Shown: positions 43,461 through 53,152, numbered from the stretch's first letter. The stretch is DNA of 64,000 nt from Mycolicibacterium sp. (GCF_016462545.1 NZ_JAEMTA010000004.1:3125-67124); one strand, 5' to 3'. The notes: generated from the letters alone by a model not told the origin. Translations and numbers: made by a program.

Positions 43461-44270
43461 TCAGGCGCGCTCATCCCGCCACCGGCACAGGGCCTCTGCG
43501 GCGCTGAGGTCGTAGTCGGGGCCGTTGACGCCGACGGTGAGCAGGCTCACGCCCAGGCCGACGAGGGCCTCGGCGTTGGCGATCAGAGATTCCTTGCCCT
43601 CGCCCCGTGCCACCCCGCTGTTGTTCTCGACCCCGGCCGACCGTTCGATGGTGGCGGGGTCGCGGCCCACGTCGGCGCAGTGCCGATCGAGGACCTCGGC
43701 CTTGCCCGGATAGGTCTCGGCGGTGGTGAATCCGTGCCACATGTGGGCGTACTCCGCCACGAGCTTCAGCGTCTTCTTCTCGCCCTGGCCACCGATCAAG
43801 ATCGGAATGTCCCGCACCGGAGCGGGATTGAGCTTGCCGAGCCGTGAGGTGATGCGGGGCATGGCCGCGGCGAGGTCGTCGAGGCGACTGCCCACGGTGC
43901 CGAAGTCGTAGCCGTACTCGTCGTAGTCCTTCTGCTTCCACCCGGAGCCGATGCCGAGGATCAACCTGCCGTCGGAGATGTTGTCGACGGTCCGCGCCAT
44001 GTCGGCGAGGAGTTCGGGGTTGCGGTAGGAGTTGCAGGTGACCAGCGCGCCGATCTCGATGCGCGACGTCTGCTCGGCCCACGCACCGAGCATGGTCCAA
44101 CACTCGTAGTGGGCGCCGTCGGGATCGCCGTACAGGGGATAGAAGTGGTCCCAGTTGAAGGCGACGTCGACGCCCATGTCCTCGCAACGCAGGACCGCGT
44201 CGCGCAGATGGCCGTAGTTGGGCGAGTGCTGGGGTTGAAGTTGGACGCCGATGCGGGTGGGGAAGCTCAT
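43461..44270 (-). CDS. LLM-class (luciferase-like) F420-dependent oxidoreductase (Rv0044c-like)
   Basis: 269 aa from ATG 44270 (MSFPTRIGVQLQPQH...). LLM core NSYRNPELLADMARTVDNISDGRLILGIGSGW. The track ORF adds 45 spurious codons. Confidence 0.85.
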   Translation of the reverse strand: MSFPTRIGVQLQPQHSPNYGHLRDAVLRCEDMGVDVAFNWDHFYPLYGDPDGAHYECWTMLGAWAEQTSRIEIGALVTCNSYRNPELLADMARTVDNISDGRLILGIGSGWKQKDYDEYGYDFGTVGSRLDDLAAAMPRITSRLGKLNPAPVRDIPILIGGQGEKKTLKLVAEYAHMWHGFTTAETYPGKAEVLDRHCADVGRDPATIERSAGVENNSGVARGEGKESLIANAEALVGLGVSLLTVGVNGPDYDLSAAEALCRWRDERA

Positions 44271-44292
44271 GGCTTTCACGTTAGGCCCGCCG

Positions 44293-46365
44293 CTACACGC
44301 CGATTCGTCCGGAGTCCCGCCACACCGCGACCACCGACGGCCGCGCCGTGCCGTTGTCGCCCTCCGGCCAGCGGGACAGCGGATCGTCGAGGCTGTTGTC
44401 ATCACTCTCGCCGGGATGTTGCACGCATACCGTGACCAGATCGTCGGTGACGACCGGTCCGCAGGTCTCCGCGCCGAGGGGCACGGTCAGGAACTGCTTG
44501 GTCTCACCGCGGTTGGGTCCGTCGAGAGCGACGGCGAACAACCCGTCGTTGGAGTCGAGCGCGTTGCCGTCGGTCGAGATCCACAGGTTGCCGTGGGTGT
44601 CGAACGCGAGGTTGTCCGGGCAGGAGATGGGGCTGACCTTGGCCTTGTCGAAGCCGCCGAAGTAGGTGTCCGCCGCGGCCGGATCTCCGCACACCAGAAG
44701 GAGATTCCACGTGAACGCGGTGCCCGCGTGGTCGTCGGTGAGCTCCAGGATCTGCCCACTCTTGTTGTCGTTGCGCGGGTTGGCGGCATCCGGTTTGGCC
44801 TCGCCGGGGACGCCGCGCTCGTCGTTGTTGGTGAGCGCGACGTACACCTTGCCGGTCTTCGGGTTGGCCTCGAAGTCCTCCGGGCGATCCATCTTGGTGG
44901 CGCCTGCCTTGTCGGCAGCGAACCGGGTGAACACGGCGGCCTCCTGCGGCGTGACGCCGGCGACGAGGGATTCGGCCTGCCCGTTCGGCCCTGAGCGCAG
45001 CAGCGGAAGCCAGGTGCCGGTGCCGCGGAATGCACCTGTCGCAGGCAGCTTTCCGGAGCCGTCGATCTCACCGGCGGGGATGTCGCTGGTGAGCTTGGCG
45101 ACGTACAGCGTGCCCTCGTCGAGGATCGTCAGGTTGTGCGCCATCGCGCTCGCCCCTGTCCCCGGCTGGATCTTCTTGCTGGACACGAACTTGTACATGT
45201 AGTCGAAGCGTTCGTCGTCTCCGGTGTAGGAGACCACCGTGCCGTCATCGGTGACGTAGATCGTGGCGCCCTCGTGCTTGAGCCGGCCCATCGCCGTGTG
45301 CTTGATCGGCGTGGACGCGGGGTCCCACGGGTTGATCTCGACGACATAGCCGAACCGGTTGACCTCGTTGGGCGTCTTGGCGAGGTCGAACCGGGAATCG
45401 AAACTCTCCCACTTGCGTTCGGACGCCTCGGGTTTGATGCCGTAGCGCTTGAACTGATCGCTGACGACCGGGCTCGGTGCCGGTGCCCCCTCGGCGCCGC
45501 CGAAGTAACCGTTGAAGTTCTCCTCGCCGGAGAGCACGGTGCCCCACGGCGTGACGCCGCCCGCACAATTGGCGAAGGTGCCCGCGACCGTACGACCGCT
45601 TGGGTCGGCGGCCGTCTTGACGAAGTCGGTGCCCGCGCCGGGACCGGTGAGGGTGAACGGGGTGTCGGCGGTGATCCGGCGGTTGTAGCGGCCCATGACC
45701 GGCGTGAGACCTTCGGGCGTGCGTTCGACCTCGACCACCGTCAGGCCGTGCGCGGCGACGGCGATGTCGAACTGCTCGCGCGTCGGCTTGTCGGCGTCGT
45801 AGCCGGGGTGCATGAACTGTTCGGTGGTGTACTCGTGGTTGACCACCAGCAGGAAGTGACCCGCGGCGCCGGCGATCGGCAGCAAGCCGGCGAAGTCGTT
45901 GTTGAACCCGAACTGTCCGCGCTGTGCCGCGGCGGTCTGCTTCGTGACGTCGAACGCCGGCGCGCCGGGGAGCACGGGGTCGCCCCAGCTGATGACCACG
46001 GACTGCCGATATCCCTCGGGGATGACGACCACGTCCTCGGTGTTGGGCGCGACGGCGGCGAAGTTCATCCCGGGCGGGGTGACCGGCTCGGCCTCCGCGG
46101 GTGCCGTTGTGGCCGTGGGTGGTTCATCCGTCGAGCAGGCGGCCAGGGCCGAGCCCGCGCCGACGGCCAGCACGGTCACCGCGCCGGCGCGCAGGGCAGC
46201 ACGGCGCGACATGGCCTGTCGCACGACGTCACCGAAATACTCGTTGGCACTGGTGTTCGGAGCCGGATGCGAGCACGCGTCGGCACACTTGTAGCGGCAC
46301 GTCACGCGCTGCCGCGACGACCGACCGTCATGGGACACGAACAGGTTCAACGGCAGCAGAGCCAT
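44293..46365 (-). CDS. phoX: PhoX-family (DUF839) alkaline phosphatase, Tat/lipobox signal preceded by an N-terminal Cys-rich segment
   Basis: 690 aa. Twin-arginine motif SRRAALRAG plus lipobox LAAC at residues ~52-77. Beta-propeller PhoX motifs (GFNNDF, NCAGGVTPWGT, GRLKHEG, RPEDFE, PDNLAFD). Confidence 0.85.
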   Translation of the reverse strand: MALLPLNLFVSHDGRSSRQRVTCRYKCADACSHPAPNTSANEYFGDVVRQAMSRRAALRAGAVTVLAVGAGSALAACSTDEPPTATTAPAEAEPVTPPGMNFAAVAPNTEDVVVIPEGYRQSVVISWGDPVLPGAPAFDVTKQTAAAQRGQFGFNNDFAGLLPIAGAAGHFLLVVNHEYTTEQFMHPGYDADKPTREQFDIAVAAHGLTVVEVERTPEGLTPVMGRYNRRITADTPFTLTGPGAGTDFVKTAADPSGRTVAGTFANCAGGVTPWGTVLSGEENFNGYFGGAEGAPAPSPVVSDQFKRYGIKPEASERKWESFDSRFDLAKTPNEVNRFGYVVEINPWDPASTPIKHTAMGRLKHEGATIYVTDDGTVVSYTGDDERFDYMYKFVSSKKIQPGTGASAMAHNLTILDEGTLYVAKLTSDIPAGEIDGSGKLPATGAFRGTGTWLPLLRSGPNGQAESLVAGVTPQEAAVFTRFAADKAGATKMDRPEDFEANPKTGKVYVALTNNDERGVPGEAKPDAANPRNDNKSGQILELTDDHAGTAFTWNLLLVCGDPAAADTYFGGFDKAKVSPISCPDNLAFDTHGNLWISTDGNALDSNDGLFAVALDGPNRGETKQFLTVPLGAETCGPVVTDDLVTVCVQHPGESDDNSLDDPLSRWPEGDNGTARPSVVAVWRDSGRIGV

Positions 46366-46475
46366 ACAGGGGGGATCCTTCCAACCATCATCGGCCGGGC
46401 TGTGGCCAGATCGTTGAAACCTACGGAATCCTGGTAATCAGCTGTGAAGCACGAGGTGAACGGGGCCTTACGGGG

Positions 46476-47381
46476 TCACCTGGCGAGCACGTCCCGCAGC
46501 AGGGCGACCAGTGCCGCGGGCTGATCACCCTGCACGGAGTGACCGGCGTCGGGAACTACATGGGTGCGCCGGAAGCCGGGTGCACTCGAGGCGAAGGCCT
46601 CGGCGTCCTCGTCGTTGACGAAGTACGAGTTGGCGCCGCGGATCAGCGTCGTCGGCATCTCGATCGACGGCACGTCATCCCATAAGCCGGCGAAGCCGTC
46701 GCCCTTGCGGAATGAGTCGTAGCGCCATGTCCAGGTGCCGTCGTCGAGTTGCTTGCTGTTGTGGAACACGCCGCGGCGCAATGAGTTTCGATCACGATGC
46801 GGCGCGGCGGCCACGGTGACGTCGAGCATGTCGGCGAAGCTCGCGAACGTGCGGTCACCCTTCACCAGCGCGACGGTACCCATCTGGGCCTGCGTCATCT
46901 GCTCGTGCCGCTCGGGAGCCGAGGGCGTGACGTCGACGAGCACCAACTCGGGCACCAGGGACGGCTCGGTGGCGGCCACGCGCAGCGCGGTCAAGCCGCC
47001 GAGCGACATGCCGACGACCAGGCGTGGCGTCGGGGCCCATTCGCGCAGGACCGGCCGAAGCGTCTCGGCGTTGAGCCGGGGGCCGTAGTCGCCGTCCTCA
47101 CGCCACTCACTGCGGCCGTGGCCAGGCAGGTCGATCGCCAGCGCCGGCACTCCGAGGCCAAGGATGACGGTGTCCCAGGTGTGGGCGTTCTGCCCGCCGC
47201 CGTGCAGGAAGACGACCTGCGGCGCTTCGGTACCCCACCGGATGGCGCTGATGGGGCCGGAGGAGATGCGCTCGACGGGCGGCAGCGGACCGCTCACCCC
47301 GATCTGCTCGGCGTTCTCCGGCAGCAGGGCGAACTCGCCCAGGCCCAGCAATTCGTCGTCGGTGACCACGCAACGAACCAT
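46476..47381 (-). CDS. Alpha/beta hydrolase (esterase, Rv0045c-like)
   Basis: 301 aa. HGGGQNAHTWD oxyanion region, nucleophile elbow GMSLGG, and a C-terminal GHSVQ catalytic His. Confidence 0.88.
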   Translation of the reverse strand: MVRCVVTDDELLGLGEFALLPENAEQIGVSGPLPPVERISSGPISAIRWGTEAPQVVFLHGGGQNAHTWDTVILGLGVPALAIDLPGHGRSEWREDGDYGPRLNAETLRPVLREWAPTPRLVVGMSLGGLTALRVAATEPSLVPELVLVDVTPSAPERHEQMTQAQMGTVALVKGDRTFASFADMLDVTVAAAPHRDRNSLRRGVFHNSKQLDDGTWTWRYDSFRKGDGFAGLWDDVPSIEMPTTLIRGANSYFVNDEDAEAFASSAPGFRRTHVVPDAGHSVQGDQPAALVALLRDVLAR

Positions 47382-47454
47382 ACAAAACCCGTTGAGATAG
47401 CGCTCACGGTCACCAAGCGCGATGAATTGCGACCGTCAGCGCTATCTCAACGGG
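47382..47454 (-). terminator. Intrinsic-terminator-like hairpin + U-tract between ino1 and the esterase gene
   Basis: Perfect 17-bp inverted repeat (47388-47404 / 47438-47454), extended by an inner 6-bp stem (47406-47411 / 47431-47436). On the minus strand it is followed by TTTTGT and then immediately by the esterase ATG (47381). Confidence 0.6.
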
Positions 47455-47460
47455 GAGGAA

Positions 47461-48543
47461 TTAGCCGTCGATGAAGGTTTCGAGCTCGGCGCGCGCGATG
47501 TCGTCCGCCATCTGCTTGGGCGGGCTCTTCATCAGGTACGCCGACGCGGCCTCGACCGGTCCACCGATGCCACGGTCCAGCGCGATCTTGGCGGCGCGGA
47601 CCGCGTCGATGATGACGCCTGCCGAGTTGGGGGAGTCCCACACCTCGAGCTTGTACTCCAGGTTCAGCGGCACGTCGCCGAAGGCGCGACCCTCGAGGCG
47701 CACGTAGGCCCACTTGCGGTCGTCGAGCCAGCCGACGTGATCGGACGGGCCGATGTGGACGTCCTTGGTGTTGAACTCACGCTGCAGGTTGGAGGTGACG
47801 GCTTGGGTCTTGGAGATCTTCTTGGACTCCAGGCGCGAGCGCTCGAGCATGTTGAGGAAGTCCATGTTGCCGCCGACGTTGAGCTGCATGGTGCGGTCGA
47901 GCTGCACGCCGCGGTCCTCGAACAGCTTGGCCATCACGCGGTGGGTGATGGTGGCGCCGACCTGGCTCTTGATGTCGTCGCCGACGATGGGAACGCCTGC
48001 GGCACGGAACTTCTCGGCCCACACGGGGTCCGACGCAATGAAGACGGGCAGCGCGTTGACGAACGCCACGCCGGCGTCGATGGCGCACTGGGCGTAGAAC
48101 TTGTCGGCCTCTTCGGACCCCACGGGCAGGTAGGAGACCATGACGTCGACCTTGGCGTCCTTGAGCGCCTTGACCACGTCGACGGCCTCGACGTCGGAGA
48201 TCTCGATGGTCTCGGAGTAGTACTTGCCGATGCCATCCAGCGTCGGGCCGCGCTGCACGGTGACGTTGGCCGGCGGCACGTCGGCGATCTTGATGGTGTT
48301 GTTCTCGGAGGCGAAGATGGCCTCGGACAGGTCGAAGCCGACCTTCTTGGCGTCCACGTCGAACGCGGCGACGAACTTCACGTCGCGGACGTGGTACTTG
48401 CCCAGCTTCACGTGCATCAGACCGGGGACGGTCGAGTTCTCGTCGGCGTCGAGGTAGTACTGCACTCCCTGCACCAGGGACGACGCGCAGTTGCCGACGC
48501 CGACGATCGCGACCCGGACTTCGTTAGACGGGTTCTCGGACAT
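47461..48543 (-). CDS. ino1: Inositol-3-phosphate synthase
   Basis: 360 aa. N-terminus [18 protein letters not shown] and full-length collinearity with actinobacterial Ino1 as I recall it. Conserved padR-ino1 pairing. Confidence 0.93.
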   Translation of the reverse strand: MSENPSNEVRVAIVGVGNCASSLVQGVQYYLDADENSTVPGLMHVKLGKYHVRDVKFVAAFDVDAKKVGFDLSEAIFASENNTIKIADVPPANVTVQRGPTLDGIGKYYSETIEISDVEAVDVVKALKDAKVDVMVSYLPVGSEEADKFYAQCAIDAGVAFVNALPVFIASDPVWAEKFRAAGVPIVGDDIKSQVGATITHRVMAKLFEDRGVQLDRTMQLNVGGNMDFLNMLERSRLESKKISKTQAVTSNLQREFNTKDVHIGPSDHVGWLDDRKWAYVRLEGRAFGDVPLNLEYKLEVWDSPNSAGVIIDAVRAAKIALDRGIGGPVEAASAYLMKSPPKQMADDIARAELETFIDG

Positions 48544-48586
48544 GGGACGGTCTCCTTCTCGTGCTGACTTGATGCAGTGCTGGTTG

Positions 48587-49150
48587 TTACGGCAGTTGCT
48601 CTGGGGTCTGTTCAGAGCGCCCGGGGGCGGCCACGCGTTCGGCCGCGATCAGATCGTTGAGCCACTTGACCTCGCGCTCGCTGGATTCGAGCCCGAGCTG
48701 GTGGAGCTGGCGGGTGTAGCGGTCGAGCGAGTTCGTGGCGCGCGCGATGGCTTCACGCAGGCCTTCGCGGCGCTCCTCCACCTGGCGGCGGCGGCCCTCC
48801 AGGATGCGCATCCTGGCCTCAGCCGGGGTGCGGTTGAAGAACGCCAGGTGCACGCCGAAGCCGTCGTCGGTGTAGTTCTGTGGGCCGGTGTCGGCGACGA
48901 GTTCGGTGAATCGCGACTTGCCTGCGTCGGTGAGCACGTAGACACGTCGCGCCCGGCGCACCTTGACGGCGCCCACGGGAGCGGTCTCCTCGACGATCAG
49001 CCCGTCGGCCTGCATCCGGCGCAGCGCCGGGTACAGCGAGCCGTACGAGAACGCGCGAAACGCTCCGAGCAGGCCCGTCAGTCTCTTGCGCAGTTCGTAA
49101 CCGTGCATGGGTGACTCGAGGAGAAGTCCCAGAATGGCGAGCTCCAACAT
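48587..49150 (-). CDS. PadR family transcriptional regulator (Rv0047c-like)
   Basis: 187 aa. PadR winged helix [21 protein letters not shown]......[18 protein letters not shown]. Long C-terminal dimerisation domain. Confidence 0.9.
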   Translation of the reverse strand: MLELAILGLLLESPMHGYELRKRLTGLLGAFRAFSYGSLYPALRRMQADGLIVEETAPVGAVKVRRARRVYVLTDAGKSRFTELVADTGPQNYTDDGFGVHLAFFNRTPAEARMRILEGRRRQVEERREGLREAIARATNSLDRYTRQLHQLGLESSEREVKWLNDLIAAERVAAPGRSEQTPEQLP

Positions 49151-49199
49151 CGAATCACCTCCCTTGCGCGGTCGTTACGAACTTTCAACAGGTGGGAAA

Positions 49200-49218
49200 A
49201 CTATATCGCGCCGATATA
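49200..49218. promoter_or_regulatory. Candidate padR-ino1 promoter -10 element overlapped by an inverted repeat (possible PadR operator)
   Basis: TATATCG-cgc-CGATATA (49202-49208 / 49212-49218). The minus strand reads TATAGT at 49205-49200. Lies 50-68 nt upstream of the padR ATG (49150), which has a GGGAGGTG RBS. Confidence 0.4.
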
Positions 49219-49269
49219 AACGGTGCTACGTGAAGCGAACATACACTGTTGTTTGGAAAGTCCGCCAGC

Positions 49270-50151
49270 TCAGCTGACGGCTGAGTCGATGCGCTTGACG
49301 GTGCCGTCGCCGGCGAAGGTGATCGATCCGCTCCCGAAATCACTGGAGACGCTGGCGCGCAACTCGAGAGCACCTGGTGTCAACGGGTCGTTGGCCGGAT
49401 CGATAGTGAGGTAGGTGCTGTCGGACTTGACGTCCTTCTGCTGGAGGCCGACGGTTTCGGCCGCGCCTCGCAGAATGGCCACGGTGGTCTCGACGTCGAA
49501 GGCCGCCAGGTCGACCACTCTGTCGTCGTCGCGTTTGGCCGACGTCGACGGATCGTCGAAGCCGCCGCGGTAGGTGTAGCTCAGCGTGCGCCGGTCGTCG
49601 GAGGGATCGGGTCGGGTCAGAACGGCGTACTCGGGATAGATGGTGAGGCCGTATCCCATGGTGTCGCCGAAGCGCTGGCGCATCTGCTCGAGCAGACCGT
49701 TCAAGCCGCCCAGTGATTGCAGTTGCTTCGGCGGAGTCAGCACCTTGCCGGGAATGCCGTCGGACTTGGCACCGGGATCGGAGGTGAAACTCAGCGGCGA
49801 GCTGGTGTTGCCGTAGAGCCCCCAGCCAATGGCGATGCCGAGCACCACCAGCACGCCGGCGACCGCCGCGCGAATGCCCATACCGGCCGCCACGCCCGAC
49901 CCGCCGGCCAAGCGTGAGGGCCTGTTCAGGTTCGGCATTTGCACCGGGGCGTTCTCGGTCTGCAGGTCGTCGACCAGGCGTTGGAGGTCGCCCAGGGTCG
50001 CAGCGGTCGTCGCGGCGGCCACCCGCGTGCGGTGCTCCTCCATCGACAGCTGACCGTCGCTGAGCGCACTGTCGAGCACCTGGCAGGTGTTGTTGCGGTC
50101 GGTGTCCTTGGCGCGCGTCGCCGCCGTCTGCCGTCCCGAGCTACCCGCCAT
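49270..50151 (-). CDS. DUF1707 domain membrane protein (Rv0048c-like)
   Basis: 293 aa. N-terminal DUF1707-like helix pair (RAKDTDRNNTCQVLDSALSDGQLSMEEHRTRV), one TM (AAVAGVLVVLGIAIGWGL), and an extracytoplasmic C-domain. Confidence 0.8.
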   Translation of the reverse strand: MAGSSGRQTAATRAKDTDRNNTCQVLDSALSDGQLSMEEHRTRVAAATTAATLGDLQRLVDDLQTENAPVQMPNLNRPSRLAGGSGVAAGMGIRAAVAGVLVVLGIAIGWGLYGNTSSPLSFTSDPGAKSDGIPGKVLTPPKQLQSLGGLNGLLEQMRQRFGDTMGYGLTIYPEYAVLTRPDPSDDRRTLSYTYRGGFDDPSTSAKRDDDRVVDLAAFDVETTVAILRGAAETVGLQQKDVKSDSTYLTIDPANDPLTPGALELRASVSSDFGSGSITFAGDGTVKRIDSAVS

Positions 50152-50274
50152 GATCGAGATCGTAGGAGTTGGCGGGCCATCGGCGCAGACCAGACGCCAA
50201 ACCTCGCCGTGTCGTCACCCTGGCGCGGCGCGGTCGAAGGTGACCGCGGACCGGGCCGACGTACTCTGGTCATC

Positions 50275-50697
50275 GTGCGATTGCAGCGACAGGTGGTGGA
50301 CTACGCGCTCAAGCGACGGTCCCTGCTGGCCGAGGTGTACTCGGGACGCACTGGCGTGACCGAGGTCTGCGACGCCAATCCGTATCTGCTGCGCGCCGCC
50401 AAATTTCACGGCAAGACGAGTCAGGTGATGTGTCCGATATGTCGCAAGGAACAGCTCACGCTGGTGTCGTGGGTGTTCGGCGATCACCTCGGCGCCGTGT
50501 CCGGATCAGCCCGCACCACGGAGGAGTTGGTGATGCTGGCGGCCAAGTTCGACGAATTCGCGGTGCACGTGGTGGAGGTATGTCGGACGTGCAGTTGGAA
50601 CCATTTGGTCAAGTCATACGTGCTCGGCGCACCTCGTCCCCCGAAGGCGCGCGGCACCCGAACGGCGCGCTCCGGCGCGCGCACGGCCAGTGAATAG
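50275..50697 (+). CDS. Conserved hypothetical 4-Cys protein (Rv0049-like)
   Basis: 140 aa from GTG 50275 (VRLQRQVVDYALKRRSLLAEV...). CPICRK ... CRTCSWNH suggests a zinc ribbon. The upstream part of track ORF 49939..50697 is antisense to the neighbouring gene. Confidence 0.7.
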   Translation: MRLQRQVVDYALKRRSLLAEVYSGRTGVTEVCDANPYLLRAAKFHGKTSQVMCPICRKEQLTLVSWVFGDHLGAVSGSARTTEELVMLAAKFDEFAVHVVEVCRTCSWNHLVKSYVLGAPRPPKARGTRTARSGARTASE

Positions 50698-53152
50698 CGA
50701 AGGGCGACGAGAAAAGTCAGCCGACGACGCCCGCAAGGAGTCCTCGGCTGGCGGTTGTGTCGCGCCGGCCCCACCCCCCGCCAGACATTCGGCGCCGTCG
50801 CCGTCCGACGGTGCGACCACAGCCCTGCCGCGTGAGCCGCTGAGGCCGGACGATCGCCAGACGATGGTGATCCCGCCCGTCGGTGGCGCACCCCCGCCGC
50901 GTTATCGCGATCAGGTCGACGTCGTCAGGGCGGCGCTGGAAGGTACGCCACCGCCCAAGATGCCACCTCCCGGTCCACCCGGCGGCGGCGGTCCGCCCGG
51001 TGGCGAGGGGCGCGGGCGCGAGTTCCACGTCAACTGGAAGTGGGTGCGGCGCGGCACCTACGTCGCCCTGGCGCTCGCCATCCTGCTTCCGATCGTGACG
51101 TTCGCGATGGCGTACATGATCGTGGACATCCCCAAGCCGGGTGACATCCGGACCAATCAGGTCTCGACGATCCTCGCCAGCGACGGCAGCGAGCTTGCGC
51201 GAATCGTGCCGCCGGAGGGCAACCGCGTCGACGTCGACATCGACAAGATTCCGGTGCAGCTGCGCAACGCGGTGATGGCGGCCGAGGACCGTGACTTCTA
51301 CACCAATCCCGGCTTCTCCTTCACCGGCTTCCTGCGCGCCTTCAAGAACAACATCTTCGGCGGCGATCTGCAGGGCGGGTCGACGATCACTCAGCAGTAC
51401 GTGAAGAACGCGCTCGTCGGAGACGCGCGATCGGGCGTCGGCGGTCTGGTTCGAAAGGCCAAGGAGCTCGTCATCTCGACCAAGATGTCGGGTGAGTGGT
51501 CCAAGGACCAGGTGCTGGAGTCCTACCTCAACATCATCTACTTCGGCCGTGGTGCGTACGGCATCGGCGCGGCGTCGCAGGCCTACTTCGGCAAGCCCGT
51601 GGAGCAGCTCGACGTGGCCGAGGGCGCTCTGCTCGCGGCGCTGATCCAGCAGCCGTCGGCGCTGGATCCGGCGGTGGACCCGGAGGGCTCCGCCGAGCGG
51701 TGGAACTGGGTGCTCGACGGCATGGTCACGATGGGCGCGCTGTCGCCGAGTGACCGCGCCGCACAGGTGTTTCCCCCGACGGTGTCGGCCGATCAGGCGA
51801 GTGCGCAGAACCAGACGACCGGTCCCAACGGGCTGATCGAGCGGCAGGTCACCAAGGAATTGATGGACCTGTTCAACATCGACGAACAGACGTTGAACAC
51901 CGAGGGGCTGCAGATCACCACGACGATCGACCCGAAGGCGCAGAAGTCCGCCGAGGACGCGGTGGCCGAGTACATGGACGGCCAGGATCCGGACATGCGG
52001 ACGGCGGTCGCGTCCGTCGACCCGAAGACCGGCGGCGTGCGGGCGTACTACGGCGGTTCGGACGCCAACGGTTTCGACTTCGCCCAGGCCGGCCTGCCGA
52101 CGGGCTCGTCGTTCAAGGTCTTCGCGCTCGTCGCGGCACTGCAGCAGGGCATCGGGCTGGGCTATCAGGTGGACAGTTCGCCGGTCGAGGTGAACGGCAT
52201 CAAGATCACCAACGTCGAGGGCGAGGGTTGCGGCACGTGCAACATCGCCGAGGCGCTGAAGCAGTCCTTGAACACCAGCTACTACCGCCTGATGCTGAAG
52301 CTGAAGAACGGCCCGCAGGACGTCGCCGATGCCGCCCATGCGGCCGGTGTCGCGCAGAGCTTCCCCGGCGTCGAACACACTCTGTCCGAGGACGGCAAGG
52401 GCGGACCGCCGAACAACGGCATCGTGCTGGGGCAGTACCAGTCGCGCGTGATCGACATGGCCTCGGCCTACGCCACGCTCGCCAACTCCGGCGTCTACCA
52501 CCGGCCGCACTTCATCCAGAAGGTCGTGCGCTCCGACGGTCAGGTGCTCTTCGACGCGTCGCAGCAGGAGGATCCGGGCGAGCAGAAGATCGACAAGGCC
52601 GTGGCCGACAACGTGACGGCCGCGATGCGACCCATCGCCGGCTATTCCAGAGGCCACAACCTGGCCGGCGGCCGACAGTCCGCCGCCAAGACCGGGACCA
52701 ATCAGCTCGGTGACACCGACGCCAATCGCGATGCGTGGATGGTGGGCTACACGCCGTCACTGTCGACGGCGGTATGGGTCGGCACCACCGAGGGCACCAA
52801 GCCACTGGTGAACAAGTCGGGCGGATCGGTCTACGGGTCCGGCCTGCCGTCGGACATCTGGAAGGCCACGATGGACGGCGCCCTCTCCGGCACCGACAAC
52901 GAGACGTTCCCGAAGCCGACGGAGATCGGTGGGTACGCGGGTCCACCCGTGGCACCTCCACCGCCGCCTCCGCCGCCTCCGCCACCGTCAGAGACGGTCA
53001 TCCAGCCGACGATCGAACTGGGCCCGGGCATCACGATCCCGTTCGGGCCGCCGACCACGATCCAACTGCCGCCACCGGGGGCGCCGCCGCCACCCGGTGA
53101 CCCCGCGGCCGTCCCGACCCCGACGATCACCGCGCCGCCGCCTCCGCCGTGA
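50690..53152 (+). CDS. ponA1: Bifunctional class A penicillin-binding protein (transglycosylase/transpeptidase) PonA1
   Basis: 820 aa. Pro-rich cytoplasmic N-tail, a TM segment, GT51 motifs (AAEDRDFY, GGSTITQQYVKN, RKAKE), transpeptidase motifs SSFK, SLN, KTGT, and a poly-Pro C-tail. The start is uncertain (several in-frame candidates). Confidence 0.9.
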   Translation: MNSEGRREKSADDARKESSAGGCVAPAPPPARHSAPSPSDGATTALPREPLRPDDRQTMVIPPVGGAPPPRYRDQVDVVRAALEGTPPPKMPPPGPPGGGGPPGGEGRGREFHVNWKWVRRGTYVALALAILLPIVTFAMAYMIVDIPKPGDIRTNQVSTILASDGSELARIVPPEGNRVDVDIDKIPVQLRNAVMAAEDRDFYTNPGFSFTGFLRAFKNNIFGGDLQGGSTITQQYVKNALVGDARSGVGGLVRKAKELVISTKMSGEWSKDQVLESYLNIIYFGRGAYGIGAASQAYFGKPVEQLDVAEGALLAALIQQPSALDPAVDPEGSAERWNWVLDGMVTMGALSPSDRAAQVFPPTVSADQASAQNQTTGPNGLIERQVTKELMDLFNIDEQTLNTEGLQITTTIDPKAQKSAEDAVAEYMDGQDPDMRTAVASVDPKTGGVRAYYGGSDANGFDFAQAGLPTGSSFKVFALVAALQQGIGLGYQVDSSPVEVNGIKITNVEGEGCGTCNIAEALKQSLNTSYYRLMLKLKNGPQDVADAAHAAGVAQSFPGVEHTLSEDGKGGPPNNGIVLGQYQSRVIDMASAYATLANSGVYHRPHFIQKVVRSDGQVLFDASQQEDPGEQKIDKAVADNVTAAMRPIAGYSRGHNLAGGRQSAAKTGTNQLGDTDANRDAWMVGYTPSLSTAVWVGTTEGTKPLVNKSGGSVYGSGLPSDIWKATMDGALSGTDNETFPKPTEIGGYAGPPVAPPPPPPPPPPPSETVIQPTIELGPGITIPFGPPTTIQLPPPGAPPPPGDPAAVPTPTITAPPPPP

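Noticed and set aside
45136-46437. 433-aa plus-strand ORF antisense to phoX
   Set aside because: No motifs, antisense to a well-supported PhoX.
50717-52657. 646-aa minus-strand ORF antisense to ponA1
   Set aside because: ponA1 carries all GT51 and transpeptidase motifs in the plus frame. The antisense product is Arg/Gly/His/Asp-rich.
52930-53140. Short tandem CCG/CCA repeats (also GGC repeats in ssb, 56120-56165) as possible repeat arrays
   Set aside because: These are in-frame poly-Pro and poly-Gly coding low complexity at the C-tails of PonA1 and SSB. There is no spacer/repeat architecture, so this is not CRISPR or a VNTR of note.
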